In this document: one piece after another, positions 49,781 through 56,693 of the stretch
Numbering within the stretch: position 1 is the first letter of the stretch
Layout: each line of letters opens with the position of its first letter
Origin: Prorocentrum cordatum
Lineage: Eukaryota
Direction: 5' to 3'
Assembly: GCA_963575745.1 (NCBI GenBank)
Contig: CAUYUJ010000074.1
Span: 62,001 to 118,693 of the forward strand
Length of the DNA: 56,693 nucleotides
Program-made: the position numbers and the translations under genes
The notes under the pieces: model-generated
What the model was told of the DNA's origin: nothing
Databases searched by the model: none
What the model saw: the letters and a program-made list of their open reading frames with translations, nothing else

Positions 49781-50185
49781 ACGGAGGGTGCCACCCCGCC
49801 CGAGCGTGCGCCGACCCCTGGAGGATCGTCGTGGGCGCTGGCCCGGAGCGGCAGGCAGTGTCAACGCAAAGACTCGGAGCCAATACGATGGCGGACGTTG
49901 ACGAGTCAGCTGGGTGACACTTCGATTTTCAGATTCCTGTCGCTTCGTGGGGTGCACGTCTGGAGCACGTCAAGACTGGGCGTTGGGTGGTTTGCCCTCG
50001 TCGTCTGCCGAGAAGTTCTGACGTGTCGTTCTGCCCGCCTCAGGGCGCTGCCATCGTGGGGCGGATGCGCCCCCCTCTGCCCGCTTTCAGCGCCGGGACG
50101 AGCGTGCGAATGTCCACGAGGGTGATGAGCATCCACCGCTTCCGATGAGCATAGCAACAACGCGCCATTCGTATACAATTCCGCG

Positions 50186-50465
50186 GGCCTCTTGGTGGTT
50201 TCTTTGGGCCGTTTGGGGGCTTCCTTGGGGCAGCTTGGAGGCTTCTTAGGGGCCCCCGGACGCCTCTTGGGGGCCCCTTTGGGGCCTCGTGGGGCCTCTT
50301 GGGGGTCCCTTGGACCGTCCTGGGGGGATCTTGCGCTGTCTAGCTCCTTCGGAGGCCGTCTTGGGGGCCACTCGGGGCCGCCTTGTGGCTCTCTTGGGGT
50401 CCTCTTGGGCCGTCTTGGGGGCCTCTTGAGCCTTCTTGGGACCTCTGTGGGTCATCTTGGGGCGC
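50186..50465 (-). repeat. (GGCCTCTTGGG)n-family fragment
   Basis: Same 11-bp unit. Confidence 0.75.
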
Positions 50466-50596
50466 GCTTCGCAGGGTGCACGTCCGGAGCAGGTTAAGAC
50501 TGGGCGCTGGGTGGTTTGTCTTGTTCGTCTGCCGAGAAGTTCTGACGTGTCGTTCTGCTCGCCCCAGGGCGCTGCCAGCGCCACGGGGGGCGGATA

Positions 50597-50772
50597 CAGT
50601 CGGTGCGCTGGAGAAGGAACCCTTTTCGTTGTGGAGGGGCTCCGTGTTCCTTAATTGTTTCACAGCTTGCCTCAGGGTTTCCTTATGTTTTCGATGGGAA
50701 ATCGAAGTTTAACTTATGGAAACAAGGGGCCTCGTTCCTTATTTAGGGTTCCTTGGGTCAACGCCCCGACTG
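50597..50772. mobile_element. Tc1/mariner-pogo-type MITE (TA|CAGTCGG...CCGACTG|TA)
   Basis: TA TSD. An empty-site paralog gggcggatgcgcccccc lies at ~50060 and a second copy at 51039-51405. Confidence 0.88.
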
Positions 50773-51038
50773 TACGCCCCCCTGCCCGCTTTCAGCGCCG
50801 GGACGAGCGTGCGCATGTCCACGAGGGCAATGAGAACTCACCGCGTGTCAGTACGGCAGCGTCGTGCCGACCGGCGGCGACCCCGCCGCCGGCGTTCAAG
50901 GTTGAGCGCCGCTGGCGACCCAGAACCGGTTGATGTTGAACGATCTGACACTTCGGAAACGGCCGATCGTTCAAGGTCGAACGATCCCCACGATGTCAGG
51001 AACCAATGCCGGGGCCGACATGACACGAAGCCACGGTA

Positions 51039-51405
51039 CTGTCGGGGCGCCGAAAGAGGAACCCTTTTCGTTGGGGAGGGGCTGGATGTTCCTTCATTGT
51101 TGCACAGCTTGCCTAAGGTTTCCCTGAAGTTTTCGATAGGAAGCCGAGATTCAGCTTATGGATCAGATGAAGTTAAGTCGGGCCCGTCCCTCTACAGGAG
51201 CAATATCCCAAAGTAGTCAAAATAGTTTGGGGTTCTTTGTGATTAATATCTACGTGTAATATCAAACTATGTTTGATTACTTTGGGGGTATTGTTTGACT
51301 AACTTGTATTTCTCGTCCAAAATCCGCCTGTGGGACGACATGCTCGACCCAAGGATAAGGGGCCTCGTTCCTTATTTGGGGTTCCTTAGATCAACGCCCC
51401 GACTG
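51039..51405. mobile_element. Second copy of the TA-target MITE, containing a nested TTAAGTCGGG-family MITE (51173-51352)
   Basis: Aligns with 50597-50772 apart from a 180-bp insert whose ends match 48536-48841. Confidence 0.85.
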
Positions 51406-51530
51406 TACCCTGGGTCTTGCCCCTCTGGCCGGCGGGCCCATCTGGCACGCCTCTCGCCGGGCCAGTGTGTGTCGTGCCTGCTCCCGGGCCAGGCAGAGCT
51501 TCCGCTGTTGGCGCGCGCGTCGGCTCGGCC

Positions 51531-51688
51531 ACGCGCAGAGTGGGGCAGGTGGAGGGGGGAAGGCTTCCTAGAAGCACCCCTGCTTCTTGGAAGCGGCGGG
51601 CCTCGTTTTTAGATGTGGGGCCCGCGCCTTCTAAGAGGCAGCCTCCTTCTAAGAAGCCTTGCCCCCTTCCCCTACCTCCTCGTGCGCG
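51531..51688. mobile_element. Palindromic MITE-like repeat (second copy 56337-56492)
   Basis: gcgcagag..gg(a)ggcttc(c/t)tagaagcacccctgcttctt...gcagcctccttct(a/c)agaagcc...gtgcgc occurs in both copies, with inverted ends. Confidence 0.75.
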
Positions 51689-51768
51689 CCGCCAATCGGC
51701 GATGTGTGGTCCCACGGAGACCAGCTTTTGACCAAACGGGCGTGACCGGGAGGGGGGGGGAAGGAGGC

Positions 51769-51860
51769 TGGTAACGTCACGATTTGCGCCGGCGTTGTTT
51801 TTTGAATGCCCAGGAGTGGCCAATTCCTCAATGGCGCCGGCGCGAATCGTGACGTGACCA
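51769..51860. other. 92-bp hairpin element with 26-bp TIRs and TG...CA ends
   Basis: tggtaacgtcacgatttgcgccggcg ... cgccggcgcgaatcgtgacgtgacca. No TSD seen. Confidence 0.65.
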
Positions 51861-52599
51861 ATGGGGGGAGGGCTTGTCACGGACACTATCGCGAATAACG
51901 GAAACATGGGCTTATGTTTGCAGATGATGTTTCAATTGGCTCTGCAAGTGGCCAGATGTAGCATGCAGACCGCGTGGTTGTGAGCGTGAGGATGCGGAGG
52001 GCAGGACTGGAAAAGGTTGGCATAAAGAAAGATTTCGTTCGTGAAGTAAGGAGAGAAAGAAGAGAGCGATAATTATGAGCGTTAGCAGGACGAGCATGCA
52101 TAGGAAATTAACTTGGGAGCACTTCGAGACTTGCTCTGCGAATAGATCATATACGGGGCAGGTCAATTGGTTCAGTGCTGTGGCCTTGGCAACTTTCTGC
52201 GCTGGGGTGGTCCTAACAGGACGGGTCGCTGTTGTCCAATGCTCCTCTTGAGCTATCTTATAATTCTATCATTATGCCTGCCTCTTCATCCTCCCTCCTG
52301 TCGCTGCCGCCGCTGCTCATTCGCCTACTGCATGCATGCGATTGCTGTTTGCAAGCACGTCTGAATGACACCAACAATATGTCCGTATCTACTTGTGCAT
52401 CCTACTCATACTCATCTTCCGCCTCCTGCTCCTCGTTTATTAGCGTGTCGGACATTGGTGGAGGATTCCACAGCGGCTTGTGTATTCCAGCTGAGGGCGC
52501 AACGAACACCCCGTCTTCCTTTGCATTGTCACTGATCGTATCACGTTGCTCTTTTCCTTCGGAGGATGCTTTCTCTTCCTGTCCGTTCTCAGCGCGCAA

Positions 52600-53950
52600 G
52601 CGCTACGCCTGTCCACCCGTATTGTAGTTAACCTGTTTGTCCGACCGCGCCTCAAGAATTGCTAGTCGTTTCGTTGTCTAGCTCGAGGCGAGGCGAGCCG
52701 ATGTCAATCTTCACGCCGATAAATGCAGTCACATGCTTTTCATGTCCTTATCACCCAGCCTGCCCGGTCTGCTTCGGTCGCAAGTCCCACTGCGAGTTCT
52801 TGTCGCTTTAAACTTATCAGTCGTTAGACACTTCACCACAGCAAGCTCGACACCTTTTCAGTCGAATCCAATTTCTCCATCTTCCGCAGTGGTACTACTC
52901 GGACCAGATGAGCCGTCAACGCTTTGGCGACCTTAGCGACGTTCCATGTGGCAAACGACCCTCAGCGAGCTGACTGAGACCCCGCAAATAGAACAATAAG
53001 CAAGTTGCCCTGCCTCACTCATACTGTTATTTCGCCTGCAATGCTTATCGTCAACGTGCCTTTGCTTGCGGATTTGGCCTTCCATGCATTGTACACGAAC
53101 TCTGCAGGTTCTCCTACACTTGCCAGGCAGGTACTGGTAACATGCAGGATCTCGGCACCCATCGCTCAGTGCGCGAATGTCGCTCATCGTAATGCTGCAG
53201 TTCGCGCTTGAACACCTGGTGGGACTGCGTGTGCTACTTCTTTACGTTCGCGTTGGTGAGCCACTGGCGCTTCTGCGGACGGCCCTGCTCGCGGGAAGCG
53301 TACCAGCCGCGCAGCAGCCGCTCACATCTCACGTTGTTGGCAGCAGTTCGACTAATTTCAAAGTGCCAGCCAGTGTGTGATAATATGATGTGTGGGTTGC
53401 TTCTTGATCATTGGGAGATGCTGTCCTGAACCGTGGCACGCATCAGCTCTTCCAATGGGGCTGCGAGGCTGGACTCTTCGTCATTGCATGCGATTGCAAT
53501 CCAGTGGTTGAGATTAGATGGGATCTCGATCCTTTCGAGTCAAGTTCCGAATTAAGTATATTGTGTGCCCACATTTCATCGGGTGTCTGATCGACTCTAT
53601 AGTACTGGGGCGCTATCTTCACCAATCGTGGAGGGATCCCCTGGTCTTGAGGAGACGTGATCCTTTACTAGTCTGCCGACCACCTGGTCGATACAGCATT
53701 GAGCATTCAGCAGTCGTTGCATATCGAGCCATGGGATCATACTTTTAAGCTGGAGGGCGCAAGCGGGGAGATACATTGCGACGGTGGGTGAAGAGACTGT
53801 TTGCCTTGCGTCCGCTGGGCTGATGGAAGCATGTTTGGTGTAATGGTGGTGAAAGGGTTACCAGATTTGTTGCAATGCCCAGAGCACATTGTCATATTGC
53901 GGTGTCATCACTTGCCGCCGAGTTGATGGTAGTATATTCGTGCACTGTGC
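52600..53950 (-). pseudogene. Possible ancient LINE-like remnant (RNase H-like end plus Cys motif)
   Basis: Lower-GC unique block with fragments HIILSH...ANNVxD (cf. W..SH...GNxxAD) and GQLAYCSICG. Many stops. Confidence 0.22.
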
Positions 53951-54329
53951 TTTTTGCACAGTCACGCGGCTCGTCGGCTCGACTGTCCAACCTTTAGCAC
54001 ACACGCTCGGCTAGCCAGATCTGGCACCAAGCTGTGCGGAAGGGAATTAAGGAAGAGACTAGGGAAAGGAGAAGTAGTCTGTCTGAGTCTGTCTGTCTGT
54101 CTTCCCCATTCGAGTTCCACGTGTCGTAACTACGACTACTACTACATGCTCTGGGCCTCGGCTCTTAGCGCCCGATCTCTTCACACTTGGAGTGCTCACG
54201 CTCCCAGGACCCGATAATACGAGAAGTAGGGGGAGTGTGAGGAGAGGAAGGAGGAAGGACGAAAGGAGTGAAGGGGCAGCTTTCACCCTTCTCCCGTCCT
54301 TTCCCGGGCGCCCCATCCCCCGTGCAGGG

Positions 54330-54545
54330 CCCATTTCGATCCATTCGATCCGATTCGATGTTGTTCCGGCTGGCCCGATCCGATTCGATCCCGATTTTCC
54401 GACGATCCCAATGTGGCCCGATGCTTGCGTGGCGCCATTGTGCATCCTGGCGCAGCCGACCCGGTCCGATTCGATTTCGATTCCGTGCCGATGCAGCCCG
54501 ATGCGATGCACATTTCGATGCGATCCGACTCGCAGATTCGATGCT
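54330..54545. repeat. (CCGAT/TCGAT)n pentamer repeat
   Basis: Read directly from the sequence. Confidence 0.85.
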
Positions 54546-54574
54546 GACTGGTCCTGCCGTGCTCCTCCCGGGAG

Positions 54575-54698
54575 GACTCTGCCTGCACCACTTCCGCCAC
54601 GGCTGCCGGGGTCGGACGAGCAGCGGCCGGAGGGTGGGGGGCGAGAAGGACTACCTCTACGCGCAGCTCGCCCGGGAGGCCTGGGAGCAGCGGGCAGG
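54575..54698 (+). CDS. Candidate exon (LCLHHFRHGCRGRTSSGRRVGGEKDYLYAQLAREAWEQRAG)
   Basis: GC3-rich codons, AG|G acceptor and G|GTAAG donor. Confidence 0.35.
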
Positions 54699-54728
54699 GT
54701 AAGGTGGCGCGGGGGAGCGGGCAGGGCA

Positions 54729-54895
54729 TCACCACCCACCAAACCACCCCAACCCAACCCGAAGGGTCAAATTTACCTTCGATTTCTAGTGGGGGGGGGT
54801 CCGGGAACATCGAAAAAACACATATGGAGCCCATACCCCCCCCAACCCGAAATTCGGGTCTTCGGGTTGGGTTGGGGTGGTCTGGTAGGTAGTCA
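54729..54895. mobile_element. 167-bp MITE with TC...CA ends and 5-bp TSD gggca (family of 27259-27426)
   Basis: gggca|tcaccacccaccaaaccacccc ... ggttggggtggtctggtaggtagtca|gggca. Confidence 0.92.
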
Positions 54896-55053
54896 GGGCA
54901 GGAGAGGCAGTGGAGGAGGGACGGGAGGAACTCGGGGCTCGGACGTCCGCAAGGCAAGCTCACGATGAGATCGGTGCCGGGGGTGTGCACAGTGCACAGC
55001 GCTGAGGCCGGGAGGGAGGGTCCCTCCCTCCCGGCCTCAGCGCTGATGATTAC

Positions 55054-55272
55054 GGTTCGTGGCCCCATAGAGAGCGTCAGCACAGGCTTCTGAAGCACAG
55101 GCCGCTTGCCGCCGTCCAGACCATTGCAGTTTTCTTCATGCGGTTCGTGGCGTCATGGAGAGTTCCACCGAAGGCCCTGCACAGGCCGCGCGCCGCCGCC
55201 TGGACCATGTCAGCGCAGTCTTCGCGCGGCTCGTGGCCTCCAGGGGGGGTGCACCGAAGCTTGTTGTGGCAG
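55054..55272 (+). repeat. Degenerate 3-unit (~89 bp) array with the 39-bp core
   Basis: cgtggccccatagagagc, cgtggcgtcatggagagttccaccgaaggccc and cgtggcctccag...caccgaagc. Confidence 0.6.
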
Positions 55273-56503
55273 AGGCCGCATTCACACTCGATGTGCTGGT
55301 GTGTGTTGTTTGAGAATTGCGTTCTGAAAAGGGTTGGCTTCTTCGCAAGAGTAAGTGTATGTGAATATGTGTGGGGCTCGTCGTGAAGTTGTCCGTGAAT
55401 GCGTATAATTGCGCCCTGAAAAAAAGAGTTTGTCGTTTGGACGGCCCGTAATGTAAGCCATGCCCAACCTGCAATGCGCACTCTTTTGAGCCTAGCATGA
55501 GAAGTGCCTTCACCGTCAGCCCCGATCTTGGGCGAGCCACGCGCGGCGCTGCAGACATTCCGCAAGACCGACTTCACCACAAGCACGCGTGAGGCGCGAT
55601 GATAGTGGTACACAACTGCCAGACGCGCAACAAAACACAATATTTGTTGTGTCGCTGCGCGAGGTCAGTATAAAATTGTGGATCGGCCAAATGCATTGCA
55701 TGGCAGCAGCACCGCAACACATGATGCAGCCAACTCTGACCACCCTCGGGGGATGCGGTGGGTTCGGTCTCGATTGCTTGGTAGTTACCCAAGGGAGGGG
55801 AGGGGATGGGGGGGAGAGGAGGAAATGGGAGGAATGGGGGAATGGGAGGGGGGGGGAGGAGGGGGAGGGAGGGGGAGGGAGGGTAGGGGGGGGGGGTGGG
55901 AGGAATGGGAGGGCACCGGGTGGGGAGAGAGCGCACCAGTTCGGGCGCGGTGCTTATCCGCGGGCGCCAGGCACAGGAAGCGCCCGTGGCCAGGACCTCG
56001 TTGGCGGGAGGGGCCGCACGCAATGGAGTGCCAGGGGCGGCAACAAGCCTGCCCCTTGGCGCGGGCGACGACGCCCCGACTGGAGAACGCGAGCGGGTTG
56101 TGGCGATCAGGGCGTGGCGCACCCCGTGTGCACACCCGGGAAACAAACGAGTCTCTGGCTTTTGTAGCGCGCTGTGGCCGGCGCGCCTCGGAACCCTGAG
56201 GAACAGAAGGCGCCGCGTCGAGGCCCCCCCCTCGGCGGCTCAGTGCCCGGGCTGCGAAGGCGCAAGTTGCCAGGTGCTCTGGCGGCGCCCGGGAAGAAAA
56301 GGTGGAGAGGCTTGCGCTGCTGCCCTCGTTCAGCCACGCGCAGAGGGGGGTGGGGGGGAGGGGGGAGGGCTTCTTAGAAGCACCCCTGCTTCTTAGAGGC
56401 GCGGGCCTTCTCTATAGATGCAAGGCCGGCGCCGTCTACGAAGCAGCCTCCTTCTCAGAAGCCCTCCCCCCTCCCTCCACCCTCTTGTGCGCACCGCCAA
56501 CTA

Positions 56504-56666
56504 TCAGGAGGGGAAGAAACACACAGACACAATTAATCGTCGATTCCTCCGAAAATATTTGAAAATATGGGCAGTGCGGGGGAAGACAGAAACCCAGAAA
56601 ATATATGAAAATACGGGGAATAATTTTATTTGTGTGTATTTCTTTGTGTGTCCCAGGGCCCCTTCA
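56504..56666. mobile_element. 163-bp element with TC...CA ends and 5-bp TSD aacta (family of 20159-20321)
   Basis: aacta|tcaggagggg...gtgtcccagggccccttca|aacta. Confidence 0.92.
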
Positions 56667-56693
56667 AACTAGTGGTGAGCAGCAAGTCGCGGC

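Overview
Eukaryotic, GC-rich, very repeat-dense genomic scaffold with two 100-N gaps (6238-6337, 32935-33034). The retroelement motif styles and candidate GC splice donors suggest a dinoflagellate, but that is inference. Only one host gene is confidently recognisable: an intron-free PAP2 lipid phosphate phosphatase of the plastid LPP-epsilon type (33524-34345, +). The rest is a nested set of mobile-element remnants. These include a decayed DIRS-type tyrosine-recombinase retrotransposon (about 13960-20790, -; RT, RNase H, a cytosine-methyltransferase-like domain, two Cys/His modules, YR) facing a second YR C-terminus, a full-length degenerate Ty1/copia element with ~150-bp LTRs (35641-42192), a 5'-truncated CRE/R2-like RLE retroposon tail, and a second methyltransferase-like retroelement tail inside a (GAG)n tract. 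There are also at least ten MITE families, Helentron/DINE-like elements with central 11-bp repeats, four arrays sharing a 39-bp core, and many mini/microsatellites. The most notable observations are (i) three unrelated 141-168-bp element families that all have T(C/A)...(C/G)A ends and perfect 5-bp TSDs, one copy of which forms an in-frame GT-AG intron (Introner-like) in the DIRS RT, and (ii) methyltransferase-like cargo in two separate retroelements. Most ORF-track entries are microsatellite or GC-rich off-frame artefacts.
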